A model generated the notes under the pieces. It saw only the letters and a list, made by a program, of their open reading frames with translations, did not search any database and was not told the origin of the DNA. 64,000 nt of DNA from the NCBI GenBank assembly GCA_024704765.1, contig JAKMXF010000133.1, positions 434,001-498,000 on the forward strand, written 5' to 3'. The stretch comes from Oopsacas minuta. Taxonomy: Eukaryota; Animalia; Porifera. A program made the translations under genes and the position numbers. Positions within the stretch are counted from its first letter, which is position 1. Each line of letters opens with the position of its first letter. Shown here one piece after another: positions 44,801 to 59,272 of this stretch.

Positions 44801-45694
44801 ACACACATAAATAAAGAAGAAATTCGCGGTTATTCACACAACCAAGTAGCAGCTCTCCTGGCTCATAACAAGAAAGTTCTCCTCACTATAATACCGTTAC
44901 ATGAATCTTCTATACAAAAGGACTTTAAGAAAAAAGAATCTGCTGATTTAGTCAGAATTTCTAAAAAATCAAAACTACTAAAAGATTTGTTTCATACAAA
45001 GAAGAAGAAAGGTTCTTTCTTCAAGATCAATTTTCCTCTCAGTCACAAAACATCATCTGCTTCTTCAACTTCTTCTGAGAAAAGTAAATATAGTTTCTGT
45101 AATAAACAAAATTCTGTTATTGAATCTACTCCTATGTATACTTTTTCTCTAGGTGGCAGTCATAATAGAGTCCCTTCATTCACATCATCTGTCTCAAATG
45201 TGACGTCACCTATAGCTCATGGCTCACCAGTTCATATGATGAAGACATACCACAAGAAGAGACCAACTCCTGTCTCCCCACTTGCCAGGACACCCTCCCC
45301 TAGTTCCTTATACCGCTCGACCTCTCTAAATCTCTCCCAGCAGAAAGACAACCATCTAATGCCTCCTACACAGCAGACCGGTGTACGGGTTACACCCTCT
45401 AAGCGAAACAAGACAATTCATCCTACGATGAGGATGCATAACATACATTCAGACTCACACTCACGAGTTAGTAGGTCACGCAGTCAAACTAATTCTGATT
45501 TAAAAGATGCACATCAACATACTAGTAGTCTAGATTGTTCTCTACCTTTAGCACCGAATAGTCACAGTCCTGTCGCGACACCTCGACAGCAATCCCCCGA
45601 AGCACAGACCGTTTTGAGCAGGCCCAGGTCTGCGACATCTCACGCTAAATCCCCACAGAGACATTCCCATCCTGTTTACTTTAGCAATCTGTGA
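29843..45694 (+). CDS. MAST: Microtubule-associated Ser/Thr kinase (MAST): DUF1908 region, AGC kinase, PDZ; more than 20 exons, hosts nested genes
   Basis: [12 protein letters not shown] (~34955), RSLS|PD across intron 35405-36698, RPARLLECM|EFD across intron 37241-41418, [35 protein letters not shown]-tail [22 protein letters not shown]. Exon 29843-30118 joins 33345 in frame, but this first-exon assignment is inferred. Confidence 0.92.
35848..36462 (+). CDS. Reeler-domain secreted, probably GPI-anchored protein, nested in a MAST intron
   Basis: Signal peptide; [45 protein letters not shown] Reeler motifs; hydrophobic C-terminus. Confidence 0.88.
   Translation: MSIRLNSIMFYLIAYTVLIMSGLVHGYSSGPPTSVCRSLAPDTSASGHNAMPLSSNIPYALTVVNSPHRTYHEEQTIILELSDPGKKSFVGFMVQGRDVNGEPVGSFVRQSQYQRLMHCPGVIGNSISHYNLADKHFTSQELVWTAIGTKKSNVTFFYTVVHEMDEYWVFARGPSLYFVSNAITLSICNLLLYSMVIILCSIIM
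37593..41240 (+). CDS. Secreted-type pectin-lyase-like beta-helix (GGAI/FxxN repeats), Cys-rich linker and multi-pass membrane domain, 1215 aa, nested in a MAST intron
   Basis: Signal peptide; about 8 FxxN-x-A-x(2-12)-GG(A/G)(I/V) repeats; Cys-rich segment; about 8-9 hydrophobic helices at the C-terminus. Confidence 0.85.
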   Translation: MKLSYLSFFFILPALYASSNHDFNDLVSSQCKGNESCVIHIPPHTYRISSTVLLSGYSNVTIIGHDKGSTVCFASTSITHIAIHNVDKVVVGNVHFVGCNDEQEDQIITPHSYAITANNSIGLIISSCNIVQVLDSKFSNFSGSLLKIFYSQNVSILNCRFEGNGNFHFTQGILYSTPHVNSSTLMITDCTFVNLNARSYTKYNYSVSLLDNDPHYIQGAGIYLLLVNDRDVLVEIENSTFINCSAVKGGGIFAKALSNRSQYVVNVRNSNFLNNRANALENNGIFAVFGGAIAFLAMDPDNIEIRIENTNFTGNYAYRGQGGAILMHFYDKSDTVNSSLLLTINNSIFLKNSAHTGGAIYFQGRDIHYPNNIHKFNRLLIDSSHFQTNFAVFAGAVFVSGNRIYLNSNNTFRNNSASNNGGVFLLTQAQLILNGSNLMERNQAGIFGGAIYLKYSKIILSRYNQSSFIRSNLAQVRGGGVYVENNLLLPVHMFDYTSHSQCFIQPDSNSSSNAKYSIIFSNNSVSLLKSHPNICLGNDIYVKTMEYCSEFIDDSFSLNATVHLFKSLGIHLNSSVNCSITTDVSRIHFDLEPMCKISGTDLNFNCSTNFDQTAFQDYVHRIKKFIRNTSLNDTTINLVFPGYISTFVIHLEDEFNQSTTFCVDVSLSPSIAENNLPVSHIEIFPTPTCWQPLNSYKVLFTHRDVEYNNEIVDMCVSTSSIPPLFSCTKLLVAKCPSGFKFQSGMCYPDGDNKYLNKLFENKVYTDISYNNGSSIPDVAKVKIPQDFPVIIYTTNGTHDKFVLGECKYFKCRNLNMQVNLLNPYHQCKDKLTGPYCTQCSDSTPQARKLLIPPVSILRIFTNNDPCYTCRFPWIWIPLYLIITVAITVIVLSLRIDIFNDYTRSIAFYSSILYLYVVSCGPMTDGHLFDLIGFILSLSNLLVSQNLPFCMSQNENEIDNVTSFDNLNPFVYGIYLTVVYLLFHKIPYLHRYNLGRDILFPMWTLFILTYSNLCVGVFVPFQCNMQHKWIYHGEKLCRNDNFFSYSAFIVATIIVPIPVMLIFYSYQSREKRIHLTENYEKRFRSGFKLWEVMKLFSRFFIAFIFPLPYIMPGLVRILPFDSCIVVSLICLLLLVINSLCQPATNHLANHFESFCLFILSTLGIFNISHGTVWGHTTPALFVLSPFVLFGIIKLYEPILKTIRRISTFLKEKNRRR
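41795..41833. repeat. 3 x 13 bp tandem repeat (CTAGATGTATATA) in a MAST intron
   Basis: Three exact copies read directly. Confidence 0.9.
43648..43703. mobile_element. MITE family B partial copy (MAST intron)
   Basis: Reverse complement CAGTCGACTCCCGTTATATCGAAGCTCAATGGACCGCGATAAT matches the 11813 end. Confidence 0.75.
44540..44697. mobile_element. MITE family A, best-preserved copy (158 bp), in the intron splitting the MAST PDZ domain
   Basis: TA|CAGTGGATGCCGG ... CCAGCATCCACTG|TA; TA target-site duplication. Confidence 0.9.
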
Positions 45695-46089
45695 GGAACA
45701 TGGATCAGCTGTTTTAAGAATATTCTATGAATTGTACAGTCAATTGAAGCTTAGTGATAAACTGCTCTACATACCTTGCTATCATAATGTGTTAATTCAG
45801 TCAAGTATATTACGATACTGAACTCTGTAATTACTGTGCATTACTACATTAAATCAATTTGGTAGACATTCACATTAAACGAGTTGTTTCATCTCTGGCA
45901 GTTATATTTTCTTATACATAAACTCCCGTCACTTCGGGAACAGGCCATTTTGACCCAATTAACCGGTGCTATTATCACTAATAACATGGTTCTGTAATTC
46001 TGTTTCTGGCCAACAAACCTGATTAACTGGTGATATTAAACAGGTTTTACAAGGTAGTATTCAATGAAGGGAAAGTATATAGCGTTGTA

Positions 46090-46156
46090 CAGTAGATACC
46101 GGTTATTAGAACATGTATGCTACACCCAAGAGGGTTCTTATAACCGGCATCTACTT
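46090..46156. mobile_element. MITE family A internal-deletion derivative (67 bp hairpin)
   Basis: CAGTAGATACCGGTTATTAGAAC ... GTTCTTATAACCGGCATCTACTT, TA-flanked. Confidence 0.8.
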
Positions 46157-46315
46157 TATTTCGTTTAGCTATAACATTCCAAACTTGAATTATAAACAAA
46201 TCTTTGATAGATGTTTTGAATAATAATTTGAGTATAAATTGTAAATTATCATATCTAGGAATGATTAATTCCAAAATCTGATTGACTAAGTGACATCTAT
46301 CAATCAATGGCAATA

Positions 46316-50372
<4,057 letters not shown>

Positions 50373-50980
50373 GTACAATCTAATCTAGCTATATCTAGTT
50401 AGAAATATTAACGCCCCAGTACAGAGTACCCAAAGTTGTACCAAGTGACCTACATTTTTGCTCTTTTGAGCATATCAACGAACAAATAGTTTTAGGGATA
50501 TGGTTATGCTGAGTGATGAGCCACTGTGCATAGCCATAAATTCTATGCTTTAAGTACTATACAGATATACGGTCTTAGCCCTCAGAATATATAATTCCGT
50601 AAAATGGACGGCCATTTCTTGCAGTGGACGAGTAGTTTTTGCCAATAAAGAGGCTTAGCGTATGAAAAATTCTTTGATAGTTATAGAATAGTTAGTAGAT
50701 GAACTGAAATAAATTTGAAGCTTTGTCAGACTCTCTCATTTACAGAACTTAATACTTGCATTATCTAAAATACGAATCATTAATGTTTAATTAATCCTAA
50801 TTCAAGAAACAAGTCAGATTCTATTATTAGCGAAAGTAAATACATTTTAGGAATATGTCTGGAGAGTTTGTACCTGAAATATTTCATGGCATTATCCCCG
50901 TATTTACGAGATATTATCCTGAAAGTGTAGACATAATGTTGGTGAAACTATAAATGGCAGGCTAAGTTCGATACGATAAA

Positions 50981-52979
50981 ATGGTTTCTACAGTATTATT
51001 GTTATTATTAGCATTTATTGCTATTAGCTCATGTGGAAAAGCTATTTCTATTACAAGTAAGTTTGGGGATTAGACTTGTATATTCATATAATCATTAAAT
51101 GGTTGTTACTAGATGAATCTTATTTTCGAATTGAACCAAATCGCCCTCTATTCGGAGATGAGGTGCTGGTCAGTTGCAGGATGGTTGCACCTGAAGGATA
51201 CAGTTTTTATAGCACTGAGCCTGCAGTAGCATTTGACGAGTTATCACAGTATCAAAACTTTCCCATTAAGATCGGAGTGCAAGATATTCCAGGCGTAGAC
51301 ACGAACAGATTTTCTACTGAAAGACGCAAAGACCCAGATCGTACTAACGTGAGTCTAGTCATTAGAATCATGAACTTTAGTGCTGTTGATGTAGGACTGA
51401 AGATAGCCTGTATCAACAAGTTACATATACAACAAAATTATCGTGATGAAGATATAATCATATTTGGAATTTTGAAGAACGCAGGTAATTCTATATGTAA
51501 TACAAATTTCATAAATTCCACAATTATCTAATTGTTTATTTTAATTAAGATCCACCTCCTCCTCCAACTAATGTCCATATCAAACTACCAACACATACTC
51601 AACTAACATGCCAATCTCACCTTACTGTTACTTGGGACGAAGTACCTAACTATCTCACAGACTTACCAATAGAGAGCTATAGAGTGTCTATTAACGCGGG
51701 AGGAGTTATACTGATGGATTCCTTCCACCCAAGCAACAGTTCAATACGACTGGGAATAAATTTTGAATCTGCCAATACAACTATATATGCAGCTATAAAT
51801 TCTGTAAATCAGGCTGGGAACTCATCCAAAGTATATTCTAACATTTTAGAGATTAATCGTAAGTGAAAATGTACTTTTCATAATTGTGTAATTACTTAAA
51901 TAATGAATTTTACTGATACTCTGGAATTCCCCTAGGTCCTGAGATTATTGGGCTGACTGTACTTATGTATCAAGAGCTCTCCCTTGTTCATGTCAAATGG
52001 GTAAGCGTTATTTCACGCTTGCAAACGATTAGTTAATTATTCGTATATGAATTCTAATTTTTAGAAATTCGTCACCAATAATTCAGATTGGCTGCTTGAT
52101 ATTGGTTACAGATTGACTATTATTACTCAGGGATCAGTGAATCAACCTACAACCAACTTCAATACCACTTTCACATTACCATCTCACACCACACACAAAT
52201 GTCATAAGATCTCCCTAGCAACCCCTAATAGCATAAAATATGTAACTCTAACCCTACTTGAAATATGTGACCAAACTGTAAACCTAAATAATAGCTTAAA
52301 ATACACTCCGAATAAATATACAACGGAGTATGCAACCGAATATACGACACACAATACAACACAAAATACACTAAATACAATAAATACACTAAATACAATA
52401 AATACAATAAATACACAAAATGCTACACAAAATACACTAAATACAATAAATACACAAAATACTACACAAAGTCCAATAAATACACAAAATGCTACACAAA
52501 ATACAATAAATACACAAAATACTACACAAAGTCCAATAAATACACAAAATGCTACACAAAGTCCAATAAATACACAAAATGCTACACAAAGTCCAATAAA
52601 TACACAAAATGCTACACAAAGTCCAATAAATACACAAAATGCTACACAAAATACAATACCAAATATGACTACTATAGCAACTCAAAGTATAACACAAGAT
52701 GTAGATATTAGAATTCTTGAAAGATTTAAGATTTTAAGATTTGAACACAGTCACATTGTGTATGTTGGAATAATTATTTTCCTATTAATATTAGGTTTAT
52801 TCGTTATTATAGTATGTGTTTTATCTTGTTGTGTATATTATTTAAGACATAATTTATTTCCCGGAAGAGAACGCATTCTAGGACCAGCTGATGCTGAAGA
52901 TAATCCTGCACGCAGAGAAAATCCTGAGGACTATTTTCCTTTAGGTTTAGAACAACCCAACCGACTCCCACTGCCATAA
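50981..52979 (+). CDS. Single-pass type I membrane protein: signal peptide, Ig-like domain, FN3-like domain(s), N-glycosylated Thr/Asn repeat stalk, TM, short tail (about 5 exons)
   Basis: MVSTVLLLLLAFIAISSCG signal; VLVSC...LVIRIMNFSAVDVGLKIAC Ig-like; PPPPTNVHI...VTWD...YRVSI FN3; TM VYVGIIIFLLILGLFVIIVCVLSCCVYY. Confidence 0.75.
52360..52660 (+). repeat. Coding minisatellite (9-, 21- and 30-bp units) encoding NTI/NTL and NTQNATQSPI
   Basis: AAATACACAAAATGCTACACAAAGTCCAAT repeated with variants. Confidence 0.93.
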
Positions 52980-53960
52980 GTTCATAATAATTTCTTTATT
53001 TTCACTTTTAATATGATTAATACGAGGATATATTTCTATTTTCCTTTTTCTTGAACTTTGTACATTGAACTTTGTAATATTTGTAAGAATTTTATTATTA
53101 TTTACTCTTCTGTCTAAGATTATGTGGCAAATTGATTAAATTATTATTTACCTCTCTTTACCATGAAATAATATAAGTAATGTACTAACAATAGGAAATA
53201 TGCCCTGTTGATATCTAACAAAGCGGATAATCTTCAAACCACTTACAATGTACATGTAATACTGTATTCATATTCAAATATTATGATCTTTGCATAATAT
53301 TTAAATGAAATTATTGTAATATAGGTATTTTTACAATATAATTATGCTGACTAATAGTTTAATTCAAAGCAATTAGCGCAATTGCAATGTGACTCAACGT
53401 ATTCACAATTTGTTCGGAAGTAATTTTCTGTCTGAGAAAATCATGGCATGTAAGTTGCTTGGACTAAATGCACCTGTAGAATATAGAATAGTCGTTCAAC
53501 ACTTATTGCTTTTTAATAAAAACAGGGTATTTTGCTCTAGGAAGCATTACCGTTTGGACACTCAAATATTTTCAATAGTGATATATAGCTAAGCCTTAAT
53601 TACACGAGTTTTCCGTATTTCTCTGACTAGTTTGTGTAGTAATTTATGATTTGTACCCACATCTCATACGCAATTGCTGAGCACATTTCAATAGGTGACA
53701 TCATTATAATGAACTCTAATGTTCCCATTAATTGACTCCACCACCATTAACCTTGGGTTTAAGTATTACATCATATAACATTTAAAATTTGATATCATAT
53801 GACCCTTGGTTGAGTTTTTGTTTATCTTATAATGGGAAGTTGAAGTTCCATATTCACTGTGTTACACACAATTATGCAACTCTGAAGCACGAGTTGTTCA
53901 AATTTGCTACCAATACAGAATATACGTCATATTCTAACAACCTTCTCCATATTTCTAGTA

Positions 53961-55301
53961 ATGGCCCTGATAGATGTAATATACAACATAGACGAGGAAA
54001 GACGTAAGCAGGGTCTCCCTAATCGTAGTAACAACTCTTCTATGAATAGTCGCGCTAGTCTGGGGAAACGGACGATGACAAATGCAGTCCTCAATCTTCT
54101 TGGGGATCTAGACCAATTCTTAGATCTTGAAAACGATACGGAATCTCTAAAGAGTGCTCGGAGTCAGAAAAGTCAGAAAAGATATTCTCAAGAGGTACCT
54201 AGGGGTCCTATCTGCCCCTCCCCTCTTGACGAGTTACACCAGATAGAGGAGGTAACGATATGTGAAATTTGTCAACAAGCCCCTGCTCCTGTCCTCCAGG
54301 CGGTCACATCAGGACACACCCTCTGTCTGAAGTACGCTCTGAGAAGAGAGGAGGACCCTGTTGACCTCAAGACACTCCGGACCCCGAACGGAGCTTCTGC
54401 AGTTCACATAGCAGCAAAGCGAGGTGATGAGGATTCTATGTTAGAACTTCTCTACTATGAACCACGTGCTGCTAAACTACAAGACTACAGAGGCGCATCT
54501 CCCACACATGTAGCTGCTTACAATGGACAAGTAGCTACACTGAAGGCTCTCTTGATGTATGGAGGAGCTGTGACACAGAAATCACATGACGGAGCTTTTC
54601 CTGCTCATTATTCAGCAGCAGCTGGTAAGCTGAATTGTCTTAAACTTCTATTCGAGTATGGGGCAAGTGCAAATGACAGGACAACAACAGGAATTACACC
54701 GGTATACTTCGCTGCACAAGAGGGACATCTAGATTGTCTGAGCTGGCTCGTGAGAGAGGTTAACGGAGATGCAAACATAAAGTCTTCTGATGGAATGACT
54801 CCTCTACATGCTGCAGCACAGACCGGAAAGCTACAGTGTGTTCACTGGTTAGTCACACACGGTAGGACTAACGTAAGGTCACGTACAGTAGACGGAGCTA
54901 CTCCAATGCATTTCGCAGCCGCTCGGGGACAGCTGGAAGTACTGGAATGGCTCATGAACCTGCTGCTGACAGACGGACTAGAAAGGGACGATTTTGGAGC
55001 TACCCCCATACACGATGCTGCTGAACAGGGACAACTTGAATGTCTGAGAGTGTTCGCCTCATGGGGCCTGGACTTCACCTTGAAAGATGACGATGGCCTT
55101 ACGCCATTAGATCTAGCCAAGCAACGGGAACAAACCAAATGTGTCAAATTCATTGGAAGTATTTTATCAGGTAAATACCGAGCTAATCAGAGCAATAAAG
55201 GTACATTTCAAAGCTCCAAAAGCGTTGCTAAGTCAATCGGGGTTAGGTCAAGCATTGGTAAAGGGAAAGAGAAGAAATTCAGATGGCCTTGGAGGAAATA
55301 A
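53961..55301 (+). CDS. Espin-like ankyrin-repeat protein without an actin-bundling C-terminus, intronless
   Basis: First ATG at 53961; ordered repeats TPVYFAAQEGHL, DGMTPLHAAAQTG, DGATPMHFAAARG, GATPIHDAAEQGQLECL parallel the espin ankyrin repeats. Confidence 0.75.
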   Translation: MALIDVIYNIDEERRKQGLPNRSNNSSMNSRASLGKRTMTNAVLNLLGDLDQFLDLENDTESLKSARSQKSQKRYSQEVPRGPICPSPLDELHQIEEVTICEICQQAPAPVLQAVTSGHTLCLKYALRREEDPVDLKTLRTPNGASAVHIAAKRGDEDSMLELLYYEPRAAKLQDYRGASPTHVAAYNGQVATLKALLMYGGAVTQKSHDGAFPAHYSAAAGKLNCLKLLFEYGASANDRTTTGITPVYFAAQEGHLDCLSWLVREVNGDANIKSSDGMTPLHAAAQTGKLQCVHWLVTHGRTNVRSRTVDGATPMHFAAARGQLEVLEWLMNLLLTDGLERDDFGATPIHDAAEQGQLECLRVFASWGLDFTLKDDDGLTPLDLAKQREQTKCVKFIGSILSGKYRANQSNKGTFQSSKSVAKSIGVRSSIGKGKEKKFRWPWRK

Positions 55302-55739
55302 CTTTATAATGTTATAACTAACCGATCACTTCACATTTATTTTGTATTCTATTTAGTGTTAATTTATTAATGAGAAAGATGATAGAAAAGCCAATTCCTT
55401 CCATTTATATTATTATATCTTATAACCATTTCTTACACTTTATTTACTAATTAGATAATTACTACTTCTCTAAACAACCTGCTTGAGTTGATTATACATT
55501 GCTATCTCAAGTCTCAACAGATAAATGGAGGATTGTAAGTAATAATATATATTCCTATTTAATAAAACTAAGCACAGTTATACAGAGGTTGATTGCATGT
55601 ACTCATCCTGATAGCCATATTCAACCGTGTTTATTCATACTCACACTTGGTTTAAAACAACAACAAAGTAACAAACATTCTTGGGGCATAATCATATAAA
55701 TAATATACTTATCCTTGAAATTATTTTTCTTAGGTTATT

Positions 55740-56548
55740 TTAATCCTGGAGGGAAGAGAGATGGTTTTGGAAATCATCATCATCATCTATGGAAGAGAAG
55801 GTAATTATATTTACATGAGTATTGGGCTTATAGATATTTACTTCAGCTGCTTTAATCTCGATTTGTTTGCTATCAGGATGTTCTCCTCTTAATATGCATT
55901 CAACCCAGACTAGTTTATCCGTCTTCACCTTGAGACGGCCATCTTTCAGTCCGGAGAGAAACTTGTCTAATCCCTCTTTGCTTTTGGTAGTCTCAGGTGA
56001 AGGGAAGCGTGTCATAGCCTCTTCACCCCAGTTCTTATCAATTTTGAGTTTAGCTGGAGCGATAAATATTATTGAGTAATCTTTATTTTGGATACCTTAG
56101 TTTTGGATTGTGACTTAGGAATAAATTTGTTATGAATTCCACAAGTTAGCACCGCTTTAACATCATCCCAGTTAATAGGATTCGGACTTGTTTGTGATTG
56201 TCCTAATCGAAGTATTATTTTCTCTTTCTTATTACTATAAAGAAATGTTTCAATTTCATATAACGCTCTCTTAAACAGCATAATAGGCCCATTATGGTAC
56301 AACCAGATCTCACCCTCGTGTACTGCAACATGTAGATCGATAAATCTTGCTCCGTTATTTAGTTACTCTTGTATTTGACCTTTCTGACCACTTTTAATTG
56401 ATGCAGCAATGTTAGTACATCTGAATACTAATAGGTTATTCAAGGGTATGTCACTACACATCTTTTCAACCCAGTTAGTTGGATCAATGTCATCAATGCT
56501 CTTATGGATATTCTTGTGGAGTATGTCTGTCTCAAATTTGGCGGCCAT
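55740..56548 (-). pseudogene. PI-PLC X-domain (PLCXD/bacterial-type PI-PLC-like) pseudogene
   Basis: NWVEKMCSDIPLNNL...GQIQE*LNNGARFIDLHV...IWLYHNG in one frame with TAA at 56365-56363 where Gln is expected; frameshift near 56090; catalytic GTH motif absent. Confidence 0.7.
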
Positions 56549-56782
56549 TTGATTAATTTATATTTCGCTAACCGTAATATATTTATCTTTAAGAAACTAT
56601 GCTATTTATATAAAAAATACAGGATTGATTAATAGAATCAAAATGGTTTGTAATTTACATAAAATTCCCTGTAATAAGAGTATTATGTCCGAGTATCCAT
56701 CAGTATAACTTATATATTTTATACTCATCATTTCTGGCTATATATTACAACATATCGTGATTTTAGGGAAAGTTGTGCCACT

Positions 56783-57442
56783 CATGGGCGTCGATCGTGA
56801 CGGGACCGGCCCCCTCAGCATTTGAAACTGATGGGGCCAAACCCACCTGGTCCCGTCAGGTTTTGGCCTATCAGACTTCGGAAGTTTTAATTATGTTTGT
56901 CAGGGTTAATTCATTTAACAAGGAAGCCATTAATTATTAATACAGTTTTCACGCTTTTCTATGACACCGATTATTTTGTATTCAGAATCCTGACCCATGT
57001 TCACTGACTAGAGGTGTTCACTATTTGGAGGTTTAACTGTACTTACATTTTCCACGGAAGCCATTGATTATTTATTCTTTCATTTAGCAAGGAAGCCACT
57101 AGTCCTAGCCAAAGTAATTACACTCCCTAGCCAAAAGTACTTGAACGCTTTTGAGCCGCTTGTGGTACAAGAGGCACATAGTAAAATGCTTGTACCACTT
57201 CCCATAGTTCTTGAATTATAGAGAGTATATTGTTAGAACTACTATTGGACCATTTATAGTTACAATTTCATAGTTGCGTCTTCTTATAGTTTATGCTTTT
57301 GTTCAGTTTTGTTGGCTAAGTTTAAATGTTTAAGACTTATTAAATATGATTATGAATTTAGACGTAATGAACCCCGAAGCCTCGTGGGCCTGGCCTGGTC
57401 CCGTTAGCTTTATTCCGAAACCTGAAAAGTTCGACGCCTATG
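56783..57442. mobile_element. Non-autonomous hAT element, 660 bp
   Basis: TIRs CATGGGCGTCGA / CATAGGCGTCGA; perfect 8-bp TSD GTGCCACT at 56775-56782 and 57443-57450; subterminal GACGGGACC/GGTCCCGT motifs. Confidence 0.93.
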
Positions 57443-57501
57443 GTGCCACTCATAATTGATTACATTACTACGAAGTATAACTATAATATTTATGTAAGAA
57501 T

Positions 57502-59272
57502 TTACCAAATAGTCGCTGGTAGAGAGCGTCCTTGCTTGAAGCAGAGATAGCGTAGCTTGCTTCTATACTCGTCAATTGGTGAGTAACATCCATGAATATG
57601 TCTTACACCACCGTTAAGATTAAGACAGTTTCGCATGTGCAGCATTCGTGTGTTGTGGAAAACTGCCATCACTCCTGCCCGATACTTTATATCCACCTGT
57701 CATTGTATAATATAAATTAAAAGAATGAACAATTGCAATAAAATATGCTTACTCTTTCAGGAAACTCTTCTATCATTTTATTGAACTCGTAGTATGCAAT
57801 GGTGTACTTCTCCGATTCTTCTCCGTTGTTGGTATTTGATAATGAAATTTGTACGTTTGGCGCCCAACTGAATTCTTCCAAATTTCCATTGACATCAACT
57901 CTGAAATGTGTAGTCTCTCTTCTACAAATAAACTATATAACTACGTAGCAGGAATACCAAATAGTTAGTAATTATGTTTCCATACATGTAGCATGCCTCT
58001 TGGTTATGGGAGAAGTAAGCGAATTTCACTTTCACAGTAGAGAGAGTTTGGTAAAATTCTGGATATATCTCTTTGAACCTTTTTGCAATTTTCATTCCAT
58101 CTTTAACAGTCAAAACTCCTCCCTCAACACACGTATCATACTGCAAACAGTGTAGATAAGCAATTCCTGGCTTATTCTGCATATAAGGTAGATCTAAATG
58201 GTAGCGGAGAGCTTTATTAGAGTATGCTAATGTATTTGGATCTATCTTCAGCCCGTATTCAAATTCTCTACCCCAAATAGAATCATATCTATGTGATATA
58301 GCATCGGATAGTTTGAGAACTCCGCCCTTCGGGGTATTTGATATCTGAACTACGCCGTGTTGATTAAGTTTGTACAGATATTCATAGAGGCCTTGTTCTG
58401 AGCTCAAAACTTCTTCAAAGTCCAATTCACATAGTTTGTATGGTTCCTCTCTTCCAATATCTGTAAAAACATGTTCAGGTATGCCTTAATTGTACCGAGT
58501 ATGACAGGTCCTCTGATCGAAGAGGCCTTGCTATTTTCCCAAATATAGTGACGAATATTCGATAAAATATAGATTTTGGAGCGCACTCAGAGGCCTGAGT
58601 ATGACGATAACCGTAACAATTATATTTGATTATCAACCTTTAATTATTTGCCCGATATCAAATGATGATTACTATCAGTGTTTATCCCGACATTTAGGCA
58701 AGGGGAGGGGGGGGCAAAGTAGGGTTTGGGAATGTGAGTCTTAATAACTTCAGTTTTGATCAATGTATTTTTCAATCCCAAGAGGAGACACTTAAGATCC
58801 AAGGGGGGGCAAATGCCCCCTCCCTAAATGAACCCTGACTATGTATCTTACTTTAAACACCTGATTGAATTGATTCTCTTTGCAAATGTAGCCATTTCAA
58901 GGGTACAAATCCAGGGTGTGTTTCCTGCTCAGCATTTCTCCACTTCAGTTCTAGCCTATCATCACTCACCCTCGCTTCCTGGATGATAACAGGGGATCTG
59001 AGCACCTGAGGATCTTGGAATCTTTGTCCGGATGTTATGTGCGTGCATTCTCCACAATGACATTGGTGTCGCAACCACATGGCATGGAAGTGGTTTGGTA
59101 TGTCGTCTTGCTGCCACTGAATAGCCAGCTTTTTATTATCGGGTAAGATTCGATGTTTCTTTACGATAAAAGCTGGATCTTTGGGAATTGTCTGATTGAG
59201 GAAGAAATTGCTCTGTGTGGAGAGATAGGAAGTATTTGAATGGAGAGTAAGAATTGGGAGGAGCTTTCTCAT
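57502..59272 (-). CDS. BBOX1: Gamma-butyrobetaine dioxygenase-like Fe(II)/2-oxoglutarate dioxygenase (4 exons)
   Basis: WLRHQCHCGEC zinc-binding N-domain; HLD iron motif (RYHLDLPY), YLHCL, FHNTRMLHMR distal His, RHIHGCY; phase-consistent GT-AG junctions. Confidence 0.8.
58676..58837. mobile_element. 162-bp MITE with apparent 5-bp TSD in BBOX1 intron 1
   Basis: Ends CAGTGTTTAT / CAGGGTTCAT (reverse complement), G-rich subterminal tracts, ACTAT on both sides (58671-58675 and 58838-58842). Confidence 0.7.

Noticed and set aside
56360-56370. Programmed readthrough or stop-codon reassignment at TAA-CTA
   Set aside because: All intact genes in the window end at standard stops including TAA, and the same locus has a frameshift and lacks its catalytic motif, so a pseudogene is the simpler reading.
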